Shown piece by piece: positions 18,410 through 28,524 of a DNA stretch of 55,125 nucleotides. The notes under the pieces were generated by a model, which had not been told where the DNA came from, ran no database searches, and was given only the letters and a program-made list of their open reading frames with translations. Numbering within the stretch: the first letter of the stretch is position 1; each line of letters starts with the position of its first letter. Both the position numbers and the translations under genes were made by a program. This DNA comes from a virus (Duplodnaviria; Caudoviricetes), in the IMG/VR virus record IMGVR_UViG_3300034351_000046, positions 1-55,125 of that record; one strand, given 5' to 3'.

Positions 18410-20034
18410 ATTCGTGCAAGTGTGATTTGGAAGTCAGATGAACCTCCAACATATGGCCCACCAACCGGTCCCGCATAGGCGGCTTGCGCCAGAACTGTCA
18501 ATTCGTAGGTGCTGACCACGCCAGCTGGAATCGTAAATGGGAAAGTGTATTCCCCCGCCGGCACTGCTGCACTAAAAGTATTGGCGATAACCAATGAACT
18601 TGGGAGCACCCGACGCATGTAAATGGTTTCACTGCCACACTGGATTCCGTTGGTTGCCGGAGGTACCAGGTTGGTTTTTTGGACAGACACCCTTAGCTCG
18701 CAATTGATTGCAGGCCCTCCGGTGTTGTCTATCATAAAGACTCCGCTCTGGGATCGGCCCACCGAATTTCCACATGGGCTAGCAGTGCCAGGCAGGCTTG
18801 CCCCGTTCACCGAATAGGCGCCGGCTCCACTTGCATAGGCCACTCCACACCCGACTTCGCTAACGCTATTGTTCCAGACCCAAGCCGCAAAAAGATTATC
18901 ATCGATGAAGATCTGAAAATCCTTTTCACAGGTGCCGCCCTCATTATCAGTGACCCGGATTCTGAAATTGTAGGTCCCAGTCGAAGTGGGAATCCCTGAA
19001 ATAGTTCCGGTGGATGCATCGATGGCAAGACCTGGTGGGAGATTGCCACTTGCAAGAGTTTTGGTAAATGTCTTGGGATCCCAACCACCCAAGGTTTGGA
19101 TCGTGGTGCTATACGGGACAGTGACCTCACCGCTTGGCAAAACCTCCGCGCTGGTGATCTCCATGACTGAAATAAAATAGACCCGATAGGTGTAGGTTCC
19201 ATTCCAATCGGTCATGGTCAACCGGAAGCCATAAGTGCCAGCCTTGGTAAATGTCCCATAGACTCGCATTGCCGTGGTCTGTGGCTGGAAATTGATTCCG
19301 GGAGGAGGAATTCCAAAGACTTCCCAAGAGACCCGACCAAAGAATCCACCGACTTTATCCGGGACCACAAATTGGCTGATTTCCTCATCCACACAAGCAC
19401 TCTTAAGGAGTGGGGTCAGGCAGCCGATTCCGTAGTTAAGCCATTCGGTGGCCTGGGTTCGCGCTCGGATATTGGCCGCATCCTTGTTGGCTGCCCAAAC
19501 ACGGCAGGCAGGAACAACGGCACCTTTCTTTCCATCCACACAAATAGCCTCGATCGAGGTCTCATCATTGCAGTCAGGTTTCTGCGCCTTTGGAAGGATC
19601 CTGGTTGGGGTTGGCCCAGGATTGTCAGGATCGAGCGACTGGCAGAGCTCGGTCAAATAGTTGTTGCACCAATTCTGGGCTAACGCATCAGCTTGAGCCT
19701 GGCTGTCTGCCCAGAAGGTTCCATAGGGAATCGTGAATGAATACTGCTGACCATCCGGGCAGGTGCGGTAACAGGTGTAGGCTTCATTGCCGAAAAGCTT
19801 ATTGGCCTCGCAAATCTTGGCCAGGTTCTGAGCGCACAGATCGGCATCGGCCTGGCTGATAGTAGAAATGCATAAACCATAGCATGCAGTGAAGACATCG
19901 TTGTCACCATCCCAGATCTGGTTTGGGAAATAAGTGCTCCTGAATAGCTCGCGATCTGGATCCTCAGAAGAGTAATTGCCCAGACTGTTTGCGTCCTCGA
20001 TGCAGATTGCCTTATTTGGACAAAGGATATTCAT
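18406..20034 (-). CDS. Virion protein with DUF5977-like repeats and Ig-like (He_PIG) domains
   Basis: SQADAD and SQAQADALA repeats; LPPGLAIDASTGTISGIPT..GTYNFRIRVTD Ig motif; ATGA overlap at 20031-20034. Confidence 0.75.
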   Translation of the reverse strand: MNILCPNKAICIEDANSLGNYSSEDPDRELFRSTYFPNQIWDGDNDVFTACYGLCISTISQADADLCAQNLAKICEANKLFGNEAYTCYRTCPDGQQYSFTIPYGTFWADSQAQADALAQNWCNNYLTELCQSLDPDNPGPTPTRILPKAQKPDCNDETSIEAICVDGKKGAVVPACRVWAANKDAANIRARTQATEWLNYGIGCLTPLLKSACVDEEISQFVVPDKVGGFFGRVSWEVFGIPPPGINFQPQTTAMRVYGTFTKAGTYGFRLTMTDWNGTYTYRVYFISVMEITSAEVLPSGEVTVPYSTTIQTLGGWDPKTFTKTLASGNLPPGLAIDASTGTISGIPTSTGTYNFRIRVTDNEGGTCEKDFQIFIDDNLFAAWVWNNSVSEVGCGVAYASGAGAYSVNGASLPGTASPCGNSVGRSQSGVFMIDNTGGPAINCELRVSVQKTNLVPPATNGIQCGSETIYMRRVLPSSLVIANTFSAAVPAGEYTFPFTIPAGVVSTYELTVLAQAAYAGPVGGPYVGGSSDFQITLARI

Positions 20035-22286
20035 AGCGTCGAAGCTGGAGTTGCACAGGTCAATCCCTGGTAGGGCGCCTTCTGCCACGGGGTGGCGTGA
20101 ACCATGATTCCCCGAATCCGGCACCAGCCTTTCATAACGATCTTCATTTGGAACTGGTAGCCGATATCCATTGGGCGGCTGTTCATTTGATTACAGCCGG
20201 GATGAGGTGGCTTGGGAAGTGTCACTGGAAACTTATAGCCTTCGCCATAAGCCTGCTCTGGATAACAAACCGGGTTCTCCAGGTCCTCACAAGTGGATCG
20301 AGCGGAACAGAATTCGGTTCTATACCAAAATTGCCAGCAGGCCTCCGCATCCGGCCGATAGTAGACATCCATGTAAACGGTTCCATAAACACGATCCACC
20401 CAGATCTCCCCGCCATCCAATCGCTTTAACTCGAACTCACGCCCCCAGGTCCATGCTGGCGTTTCGACAAACCATTCAACCCGATTGTCACCTTCGTCAT
20501 TTCGCGTGAAAGACGTAAGCTCCCAAACCTCGATCCCCCCATCCTGGGCCAGGATGACCGCAAAGGCACGTTGTAGGCCGCCATAGTCCCCCTCAAAAAG
20601 TTGGAGAATCTTAACTCCCTGCCACCAGCCCTCCCATGCCGGCGCCTGGCGATTGCGCTCGATGATGTCCTCGAGGGACGACACCAGGTCGAAATCTAAA
20701 ACCGCCAAGCCGCCAAACGCAGTCCCCACCTCGGTAACCTCCGGGAGCACTGTTTGAAGCATTCGGTTATCAAAGTAAATCCCGCTGGCCGTGGAAAGCA
20801 GAGCTCGATCATTGAAGTTGAGAAGGCGATTCAAGTTGCGACTGATCGGCGTATTGCCCCACTGGCTGAAATCCCTCACAGCCATGAACAGGCTTCGGTA
20901 GCCATCCCAAGAAAGGTAGAAAAGATCCCCGTTGATGTTGACGATTGAACGCTCGCCATAGGATCCATTCCTCAACTGGGCCACCCGTTGCAATGGCTCG
21001 GTAGCTGTGATCCAAGCTGACCTGGTGACCGGAACCGAAAGGGAATAGATGGTCTTGCGCGTACAGGCGAACAGCTGCCCCTCACCTAATGCGGTGTCCA
21101 GGTTGGCTGTATGCCGAAGGGCCCGGATGATCCCATCAGAGGTGGGCACCACAAAGCCATCCCCGGCCAATGCCAGGGGGTTCTCTGTCACCTTGAGAAT
21201 CGAATCCCGATAAGCGTAGGCAAGGGTGCCTGCCGGCCCCAGGACGATATCTCCAGCCGTGTATTGCCGATCTTGGGCATACCAGATGCGGCCCATGTAA
21301 TAGTCCATGGCAGTGGCCGCAGGGAGCTCGGAGACGGTCAGGAGATTGACATCGGCAGCAACAGGATCACCTGGCGTGGCCGTCACGTTGACCAGGTAGA
21401 CATGGTTGGCGGCCGGCGCCGGCTCGGGGGCAACGACAGTGATAGTCCAAGCATCGCCAAAGATTGTGACTGCCTGGGGAGCGGCCACCGCTGGATCTAC
21501 CCAGACCGAGAAAGCGGTGGTGGCCCCCACAGCCGGCACGGTGAAGCTGGCCAGGGTTGTGCAAAGCAGATTGCCGCCGGCATCCAGGATCTGCGTTCCG
21601 GCAGGGACGATGTAGCCCACCGGGGCGGTGGCCGCATCATTACGAAGAGTAATCGATTGGGTGTTTACGACTTGGATCCATGATTCGCCATCGATGAGCA
21701 CAACCTGGTTGGCGACTCCAGTATAGGGACCGTAAAGAGTGACATCCTGATAGTCACCCACAGCCGGCACGTTGAAGCCGGCAGCTATGACACCAACCAC
21801 GCCGCCAGGTCCGGTCGATCTCCGAAGCCTGGTGCCATCCCAAATTAAAGGCAGCGTGACACCATCCCCGGCCTGCTTGATCATGAACTCTTCACCCTGA
21901 GTGAAGTATGCCTGGGAAACGCTTGCCGGATCCGACAAACCAAAGATAGTGGAAAGGTTGGCTACGCTGTCGTCCAGATCCACGCGCACCTGGTAGAGGT
22001 CACCACCAATGGAGAGAATCAAGTAAGGGAAAGTGCCGTTGATGAAATTATCGTAGAGCCAGCCCCCCTGGTAGAGCGCGTTCCCAGGGTGAACTCGCGC
22101 CCTACGGATCCATCCGGTTCGAGGCAGAATGCCGCCCCCACGCATCGTGGCATTGGTGGCCCAGGCCAACTGATTTCTCCTCAGTCCTTCCGGGAAAAGC
22201 TCCGAAGCAATGGTTGGAACCTTACCGGAATCGACACCACCTATCCAGTTCCACGACCCGTCCGTGATTCGGACATTTGAAGCCAT
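20031..22286 (-). CDS. Probable tail tubular protein B / nozzle (stabilisation protein)
   Basis: 751 aa, beta-rich; N-terminal ATNATMRGGGILPRTG and C-terminal YQFQMKIVMKGWCRIRG, as in P22 gp10 / T7 gp12-like proteins. Confidence 0.65.
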   Translation of the reverse strand: MASNVRITDGSWNWIGGVDSGKVPTIASELFPEGLRRNQLAWATNATMRGGGILPRTGWIRRARVHPGNALYQGGWLYDNFINGTFPYLILSIGGDLYQVRVDLDDSVANLSTIFGLSDPASVSQAYFTQGEEFMIKQAGDGVTLPLIWDGTRLRRSTGPGGVVGVIAAGFNVPAVGDYQDVTLYGPYTGVANQVVLIDGESWIQVVNTQSITLRNDAATAPVGYIVPAGTQILDAGGNLLCTTLASFTVPAVGATTAFSVWVDPAVAAPQAVTIFGDAWTITVVAPEPAPAANHVYLVNVTATPGDPVAADVNLLTVSELPAATAMDYYMGRIWYAQDRQYTAGDIVLGPAGTLAYAYRDSILKVTENPLALAGDGFVVPTSDGIIRALRHTANLDTALGEGQLFACTRKTIYSLSVPVTRSAWITATEPLQRVAQLRNGSYGERSIVNINGDLFYLSWDGYRSLFMAVRDFSQWGNTPISRNLNRLLNFNDRALLSTASGIYFDNRMLQTVLPEVTEVGTAFGGLAVLDFDLVSSLEDIIERNRQAPAWEGWWQGVKILQLFEGDYGGLQRAFAVILAQDGGIEVWELTSFTRNDEGDNRVEWFVETPAWTWGREFELKRLDGGEIWVDRVYGTVYMDVYYRPDAEACWQFWYRTEFCSARSTCEDLENPVCYPEQAYGEGYKFPVTLPKPPHPGCNQMNSRPMDIGYQFQMKIVMKGWCRIRGIMVHATPWQKAPYQGLTCATPASTL

Positions 22287-22369
22287 ACGCTAGTTAATTT
22301 CCAGTTGCACATACCAAGAACTGTGGTCCACGCTGTGACGACTAGCGTATTACGTCTGAAGCCCAATCT

Positions 22370-24151
22370 ATGCCGGAAGACACAATCTTCAAGTATAATG
22401 CGATCTGGCCGGCTGATGCCACTGACCTGGCGATCGAGATGGCGTGCATCCAACAAGGGGGCACCTGGTTCAAAGATAATAGGGAATGTGGGGCAGGTTT
22501 AGAGCATCACTATTCAGAAATGCGGAGGATTCTCTGGCCTCACTTAGATGATCACAGATGGGTGCAGCTATGTCTTGAGGAGGTCATCAATCATAAGATC
22601 GTGGTGCTGATGGGCGCCGGCTCCACTGGCAAAACCAATTTTGCCGCCTGGTTCTCTCTTTGCGAGTACTACTGCTTCCCCGAGCACACTTGCATTTTGG
22701 TGAGCTCTACCGATCTCCGAGGCCTTGAACTGCGTGTCTGGGGTGAAATTAAAAGCCTGCATGACCTGGCCACCAGCCGCTATGAGCTCCCCGGCCACCT
22801 CATCGAATCCAAGCACGCCATCTCCACTGACCTGGTGGATGAAGGATCCATCCGAGATCTCCGCAAAGGAATGATCGGCATTCCCTGCGTTCAAAACGGA
22901 AAATTTGTAGGCCTCGGAAAATACTTAGGCATCAAGCAGAGGAGAATGCGCCTGGTAGCAGATGAGGCCCAATTCATGGGATCCGGGTTTCTCAACGCCT
23001 TTGCCAACCTGGACAAGAACACCGATTTCAAAGCTATGGTTCTGGGCAATCCCAATGACATCCTGGATCCACTTGGCCGCGCGGCCGAGCCGAAGGATGG
23101 ATGGGGATCCCACATGGAACCCGAGAAGACCACTGTATGGGATACTCGGTTCATGAACGGAAGGTGCGTCAACCTGGTGGGCACCGATTCCCCCAATTTC
23201 GACTACCCGGAAGATGAACCCACCAAGTTTCCTTACCTGATCTCCAGGGAAAAGATTGCCAATACAAAGGCATTCTTTGGGCAGGATTCGGCCGAGTATT
23301 ACTCCCAGTGCATTGGCACCATGAAGATCGGCGCCATGGCCAAACGGGTACTGACTCGGGATCTATGCATTCAATTCAGTGCGAATTTGAGAGACGTTGT
23401 CTGGGATGGGTTCCCGATAAAAATCGGAGGCCTCGATGCTGCCTATGGTGGAGACCGCTGCATGTGCGGCTATATCGAATTCGGGAAGGATCGAGAACAA
23501 AAAACCAAGCTGTTGATCCACCCTCCAGTAGTGGTGCCCATCCTTGGCCGGAAGGATCCCGAGGAGGAAATCGCCATCTTCGTCAAAGACTACTGCCATC
23601 GGATTGGGATCTCCCCTGAGAATTTCTTTCATGACTCCACGGGCCGTGGATCCCTCGGGACAGCATTGGCCAGGATCTGGTCCGCTCATTGCAATCCGGT
23701 TGAGTTTGGAGGATCCCCAACCGAGCGGCCGGTCTCCCTGGAGCATTACATCTGGGATGAGAAACAGCACCGCAAACGGCTCAAAACCTGCCGGGAGCAC
23801 TATTCAAAATTCGTCACTGAGCTCTGGTTCTCGGTGAGGTATGCCGTGGAGGCCGGCCAGGTCCGGGGGCTGCCAGAAAGCGTCATGGAGGAATTCTGCA
23901 TGCGCGAATGGACCAAGGTGAAGGGGGACAAGATCGAGGTTGAAAAGAAAGAGGACATGAAAGAGCGCGTGGGCCGCTCCCCGGACGAAGCTGACTGGTG
24001 TTCGATTTGCGTGGAGGGCGCCAGGCGCCGAGGCTTTACCATCAGCCGGCTCACCAACGCAGAGGCAGAAACAAGAAATCGTGAGTGGATGCTCGACCTA
24101 CAACGGAAGGCATCCACTCACCGATCGGGACAGTTGAGTTACCGGAGGTAA
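22370..24151 (+). CDS. terL: Terminase large subunit
   Basis: Walker A GAGSTGKT, Walker B LVADEA, GNP coupling motif; RNase H-like nuclease motifs GLDAAYGGD, HDSTG and SPDEAD. Confidence 0.9.
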   Translation: MPEDTIFKYNAIWPADATDLAIEMACIQQGGTWFKDNRECGAGLEHHYSEMRRILWPHLDDHRWVQLCLEEVINHKIVVLMGAGSTGKTNFAAWFSLCEYYCFPEHTCILVSSTDLRGLELRVWGEIKSLHDLATSRYELPGHLIESKHAISTDLVDEGSIRDLRKGMIGIPCVQNGKFVGLGKYLGIKQRRMRLVADEAQFMGSGFLNAFANLDKNTDFKAMVLGNPNDILDPLGRAAEPKDGWGSHMEPEKTTVWDTRFMNGRCVNLVGTDSPNFDYPEDEPTKFPYLISREKIANTKAFFGQDSAEYYSQCIGTMKIGAMAKRVLTRDLCIQFSANLRDVVWDGFPIKIGGLDAAYGGDRCMCGYIEFGKDREQKTKLLIHPPVVVPILGRKDPEEEIAIFVKDYCHRIGISPENFFHDSTGRGSLGTALARIWSAHCNPVEFGGSPTERPVSLEHYIWDEKQHRKRLKTCREHYSKFVTELWFSVRYAVEAGQVRGLPESVMEEFCMREWTKVKGDKIEVEKKEDMKERVGRSPDEADWCSICVEGARRRGFTISRLTNAEAETRNREWMLDLQRKASTHRSGQLSYRR

Positions 24152-24190
24152 GCTACTTGCGCTTACCCTTCCTGCATCCTTTCTTGGGCA

Positions 24191-24775
24191 TTACTTTTTG
24201 GGTTGGGGTTGGGGCGCGTGGGGAGCCGATAATTTGATCAACTCATCGGCCACCATCTGCGCGGATTCCTTATTCACAACCTGCTTGAGGAGCTTGGAGA
24301 CCTCCAGGACCACGCCGGCCTCAGTTTGGTGCTTGGACATCCACCTGACCCATTGGCCCTCGGCAGCCTTGCCCTGGGGCGTTGTGGACATGATTTTGCG
24401 GCCGGCCTCGATGACCTGGGCTAGGATGGCCGCAGTCTTTCTGTTGGTGTTCGACCTGAGCTTGGCCCAGACACCAAAAACAGCAGAAAGCAAAGTGCCG
24501 ACAATACCACCAACACCAAAAAGGTTCCCAATATTAGTTCCGGTTTCGACAATGGCATCGGCGGTTTCACCTGGTGAGAAATCAAAGGCTTCATACCAAT
24601 TGGTCACGGCCGTGATCACAGCCTGGCCGCCCTCGATGTTGGTCGACCAGGTGACCACCGGCACCTGAATAGTCTCGATGTTGAACAGCTTCTTTTCAAC
24701 CTCGGTGGGGGCAGCCGCGCACCCGACAGTTGTCAGTGCGAGGAGCAACGTGCAGAGCAGAACTTTTGTTTTCAT
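24191..24775 (-). CDS. Lipoprotein with an internal transmembrane helix (spanin-like candidate)
   Basis: MKTKVLLCTLLLALTTVG-C lipobox; TM segment LFGVGGIVGTLLSAVFGVWAKL. Confidence 0.7.
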   Translation of the reverse strand: MKTKVLLCTLLLALTTVGCAAAPTEVEKKLFNIETIQVPVVTWSTNIEGGQAVITAVTNWYEAFDFSPGETADAIVETGTNIGNLFGVGGIVGTLLSAVFGVWAKLRSNTNRKTAAILAQVIEAGRKIMSTTPQGKAAEGQWVRWMSKHQTEAGVVLEVSKLLKQVVNKESAQMVADELIKLSAPHAPQPQPKK

Positions 24776-24779
24776 ATCA

Positions 24780-26015
24780 TTAAAGACTAAGCCCAACCTG
24801 GCAGCCCATCCATTCGATGATTGCATCCTGCTGGGCAGTATTATCAGCCACGCTTCGGATGATGATTTCGTGGAACTCACCCTCCTGATACTGCCCCGCA
24901 TAGGAATCGCCACCATGCTGGGTTCTGTCGATTGTGGGGGTTGCCGCATGGGTCACCACATCGGCTGGATTCTTGTTGACCCGGATTTCGCTTGCGGCCC
25001 CATTGAAAACGCACGTAAGGACGCACCATTGTTGCGCCGGAACAGAAACCGTCCCTGCCCTGAAAGCACCCGTTGTTTTCAGGTAGCTGGTCAAAAAGTA
25101 GTTGGGGGCACTTCCAATCGCGATGATCATATTGAGCAACGTGGGATGATTGCTCGCAATCAAATACTGGCTGCCCCTCAAAAACCTGGCAAAGCAACTG
25201 GCATAAATCGTGTAAGCCGTGCCCATTGGCCGGTTGCCATTTCCGTTCTGCCAATAATTGTGGGTTGTTGGGCCGGTGCCACCGTATCCAAAAACCGGAA
25301 TCCCGCCCCGCACACCATAGCTTGGATAAGCTGCTGCCGTGACAACCAGGTTCCCGTCATGGTCATCCCGATACACCTGGCACTCGGTCACTTCATGCTG
25401 GCCGTGGCCTGCCGCGTTCACATCCATGAATCCCACATAAAGAATTCCTTCAGTTGCGCGACCGGTGAACGTAACCGTGTATTGAGTCAGCACCCCGGTA
25501 ATGACGATGTCTGTGAAATCACCCGAGGCCGCACCTTCATGCAAAATCCGAATGGCGGTGTTTCCGGTAACCGCCCTCATTTTGAATTTGAAGGTATAAG
25601 TCCTGCCAGGTTCGCTTAACAGAAAGGTTTGCTTTATGTAAGCGTTCTGGGCTGTGAAGGTGAACGTGGTTGCTGTGTTGACGGTGCAGCTGACCCTTTG
25701 TGCCCAATCAGATGTAAAGTTCCCAGATGAAACCAGAAAGTTCGCATCATTATCCACCTGGTTTGGGGAGATGACTTTGAACCCATTAAAGTTCTGGAGA
25801 AACAGATTATAGTTTGGGGAAAGGACAGAGGTCTTGTTGGGGGAGGTGTCCATGAGGTCCCCAACCGACACAAACGGATTCACCACTGAAAGCGAGGCGT
25901 TATACCAGCACTGGGTATTGGGATCACTTGTCAGAAGCGGGTTAACGCAGGCGCCGGCACCCTGCAAGAATGCAGGATCCCGAAGGCCTAGGGATGGAAA
26001 TCGGCGCAAATTCAT
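24780..26015 (-). CDS. Tail fibre / appendage protein with LamG (ConA-like) and CBM-like domains
   Basis: Ends GEFHEIII...QQDAIIEWMGCQVGL as in LamG-type domains; internal GRTYTFKFKMR CBM-like strand. Confidence 0.6.
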   Translation of the reverse strand: MNLRRFPSLGLRDPAFLQGAGACVNPLLTSDPNTQCWYNASLSVVNPFVSVGDLMDTSPNKTSVLSPNYNLFLQNFNGFKVISPNQVDNDANFLVSSGNFTSDWAQRVSCTVNTATTFTFTAQNAYIKQTFLLSEPGRTYTFKFKMRAVTGNTAIRILHEGAASGDFTDIVITGVLTQYTVTFTGRATEGILYVGFMDVNAAGHGQHEVTECQVYRDDHDGNLVVTAAAYPSYGVRGGIPVFGYGGTGPTTHNYWQNGNGNRPMGTAYTIYASCFARFLRGSQYLIASNHPTLLNMIIAIGSAPNYFLTSYLKTTGAFRAGTVSVPAQQWCVLTCVFNGAASEIRVNKNPADVVTHAATPTIDRTQHGGDSYAGQYQEGEFHEIIIRSVADNTAQQDAIIEWMGCQVGLSL

Positions 26016-26017
26016 TT

Positions 26018-26482
26018 TTACGGCTCTTCTTGGTAGGCAATCAGAACATCGGTTTCATCAGGGCCAATGGCTGTGATCGACAGCACTCCAGTCTTTCCGG
26101 CCGCAATGGTGGAAGGCGCGGTTCCGATCACCGTCCAGTTGGCGTTGTACGTGATTGTCCTATCGGATCCATCGGCTGTCATAACCACGGCCACGGCCTT
26201 GGCTTTCCCGGCCACCGGTCTGTTCAACGAAGCGTTGAAATCGATGTCCCCGGCAAGGGCCAGGGTCTGGTAATCGGCGCCATCGAGGTTGATGTCGATC
26301 GAGGCCCCGTAGGTAATGGCCTCAACCGTAGGCCCGAGATTAGCCACCACTGCGCCTAGTGCGGCAATGGCAGCATGGATCTCACAGAGAAGTTGCAGTT
26401 TGAGGGCCTGCCGCTCCTTGGTTCCAACCCCAAAGAAGCACTTGCCGCTATTCAGTAAAGTTTGTGGATCACAGTTCGCCAT
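26018..26482 (-). CDS. Virion protein: Cys helical module plus fibre-tip-like beta domain
   Basis: MANCDPQTLL..GKCF...QALKLQLLCEI followed by a beta domain (TADGSDRTITY...W). Confidence 0.7.
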   Translation of the reverse strand: MANCDPQTLLNSGKCFFGVGTKERQALKLQLLCEIHAAIAALGAVVANLGPTVEAITYGASIDINLDGADYQTLALAGDIDFNASLNRPVAGKAKAVAVVMTADGSDRTITYNANWTVIGTAPSTIAAGKTGVLSITAIGPDETDVLIAYQEEP

Positions 26483-26494
26483 AGTGGTGCCTGG

Positions 26495-26629
26495 TTACGG
26501 AGTTGCGCTTTGGATGGCCGATAGGATTTCGCAAAGGAGTTGAAGCTCCAAGGCTTCCTGGATATTCGATTCCAAGCAAAACCAGCAGGCGGCATCATCC
26601 ATCAAATTTTGCAAGTTGCACGTTGCCAT
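26495..26629 (-). CDS. 44-aa stand-alone Cys helical module protein (not in the ORF track)
   Basis: MATCNLQNLMDDAACWFCLESNIQEALELQLLCEILSAIQSATP; clear paralogue of its neighbours. Confidence 0.85.
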   Translation of the reverse strand: MATCNLQNLMDDAACWFCLESNIQEALELQLLCEILSAIQSATP

Positions 26630-26630
26630 A

Positions 26631-26912
26631 TTAGGGCCTTCTCGTTGCACCCATTTTCCTACTGATTTCGTTCAGTAGGATGTGGTTTTCTTCCACGGTT
26701 TTTTCCAGGTTCCCAATCCTCACCTGAAGACTTTCCACTTTGACCTTCAGTTCCAAGATTGCAGCTGCCTGGACCTTCCGGCAGTCGTCATTGATTGAAA
26801 GCTCGCGTTGCAGGAAAAAGCCGATCAGGCCAATCATGATAGCCACGATCCAGGTAGGGAAAGATCCCTTCCACCATTCTCTCCCACTTCCATTTTTGTC
26901 CATGCTTCCCAT
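26631..26912 (-). CDS. Single-TM coiled-coil protein (holin- or i-spanin-like)
   Basis: TM segment WIVAIMIGLIGFFL followed by a heptad coil. Confidence 0.6.
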   Translation of the reverse strand: MGSMDKNGSGREWWKGSFPTWIVAIMIGLIGFFLQRELSINDDCRKVQAAAILELKVKVESLQVRIGNLEKTVEENHILLNEISRKMGATRRP

Positions 26913-26915
26913 TTC

Positions 26916-28139
26916 TTAGTAGTCTCCAAATTCAGCATCACTACCGAATTTGATTCTGCCATAGTGACCGTCCAAGCTAAGGCCTGCCGCGTCAGTTGCG
27001 TAGTTGTCGGATGTGTTTCCACCATCCCTGAAAAGTCTCCCAATCATGATCCCGGATTCCTTAAGGTTGGTCACCGTAGTAAGCACGGCAATTCGATGAG
27101 TGTAGGCCGTGACGATTCCGTTTGTGATCCGGTTTGTGATCGTGGTTGTCGGAAAGATTTGACCTGGGTTCGCGAATGAATACTCCAATCCCCATACCAC
27201 ATTGGTATTGGCTCCAGCTGGCGTGGCCAGGCCGGTCCAGTGAAGGTGCAGCCTCAATCCATAGGCATTGTTGGTGGTGATCCCATGCGGGATTTGAATC
27301 GAGAAATCCAACTGCTCCTCGGATCCGGCATCAAAGCCATAGACACTCAGGCCTCCAGCAAAAGTGACTTTACCTGGCTGGGCCGATGGGCTTGAAAGCG
27401 TGTTCAGAGAAATCCGAAGGTCATCCCAGGACGGCACGGTCTGCAAAAAGTTGGTTGCCTTGGCCTGGCCATTCACCTCCAACTCGGCCGTGGGGGTTAG
27501 AGTATTGACCCCGAACCACCCATTGGAATTGACCACGCTTTTGGGAGTGCCGTTGGTGTCTGCCCAGGTCCACCAATTAGTGGTGCCCACCTGTGGAAGG
27601 ACGACGATGCCGCCACCGTATAAGTTAAGGCGTGGCAGTCCGTTTACTGTTCCAAACCAGTGAGCCGGGGAGTACAGGGAATTCTCGGCCGTCATCGTCT
27701 GGGCCCAATAGGAATTGGCACTAATGCTATAAGATGGCTGGGAGTCCCGGTTGATCCCAACGGTCCCGTTGTTCACTATGAAAAGCGGAGTGCCGGTCCC
27801 GTAATCGTTAGTGTGAATCATGAAGTCCACGCCCCCGGCTGCATCCACCTGGACTCGAAAGAAGTTTGATACGATCACATCGTCGTAAAAGATCGATGGC
27901 TGCTCCACCAGTATCCCGTCAGCAAAGAGAGTGGTGCCTCCACCAAAGTATGCATTGCCGGTCAGATTGGTAAACGCCTGGTTGACCACCATGGATCCGG
28001 TTCCATTCCCAAACACAGAGTTGCCGCGCACCCAGGCCCCAGGCACGTTCGTTGTGAACATGTTTCGGAACACCGGCATCTGGGCATTGGCGAAACAGGC
28101 CAGGAAGGCCAACAGGAAAATCAGGAAGGTCTTTTTCAT
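26916..28139 (-). CDS. Signal-peptide-bearing fibre-like protein
   Basis: Signal peptide MKKTFLIFLLAFLACFANA-Q; fibre repeats (GTVGIN, GVNTLTPTAELEVNG); C-terminal WDDLR...QIPH...HLHW domain. Confidence 0.75.
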   Translation of the reverse strand: MKKTFLIFLLAFLACFANAQMPVFRNMFTTNVPGAWVRGNSVFGNGTGSMVVNQAFTNLTGNAYFGGGTTLFADGILVEQPSIFYDDVIVSNFFRVQVDAAGGVDFMIHTNDYGTGTPLFIVNNGTVGINRDSQPSYSISANSYWAQTMTAENSLYSPAHWFGTVNGLPRLNLYGGGIVVLPQVGTTNWWTWADTNGTPKSVVNSNGWFGVNTLTPTAELEVNGQAKATNFLQTVPSWDDLRISLNTLSSPSAQPGKVTFAGGLSVYGFDAGSEEQLDFSIQIPHGITTNNAYGLRLHLHWTGLATPAGANTNVVWGLEYSFANPGQIFPTTTITNRITNGIVTAYTHRIAVLTTVTNLKESGIMIGRLFRDGGNTSDNYATDAAGLSLDGHYGRIKFGSDAEFGDY

Positions 28140-28140
28140 A

Positions 28141-28524
28141 TCACGCGATTAGTAGCACCCAAGCTCCAGTGGTGTCATTCCAATACCACACCTGGCCGGA
28201 AGTCCGATTGATCCAGATCTGGCTTTCAACGCCAGGATCGGCCACGGGATCGACGGTCCTGATAACCACTCCACCAAGAGCACCTGGTGACCCAACCAGC
28301 TGACAAAGCATTTCCAGCTGCGCGGCCAACAGCTGTTTGTTGGTCATCGATGTGTAGGGATTGGAATCCGCAATAAGATCTTCAACAGAGCAGGTGGCCA
28401 TGGGATCGAGGGTTTGTTTGATCTGGCAGAGGATGGTGAGGATTGCGACTCCTAATTGCTTCTCACTGAGGCAGAGCAGGCAATCCGAATCCTGCAAGAT
28501 CGTGGTTGGGTTGCAAGTTGCCAT
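28141..28524 (-). CDS. Virion protein with two Cys helical modules
   Basis: MATC...C..CLSEKQL...ILCQI occurs twice, then a WINRTSGQVWYW tail. Confidence 0.8.
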   Translation of the reverse strand: MATCNPTTILQDSDCLLCLSEKQLGVAILTILCQIKQTLDPMATCSVEDLIADSNPYTSMTNKQLLAAQLEMLCQLVGSPGALGGVVIRTVDPVADPGVESQIWINRTSGQVWYWNDTTGAWVLLIA

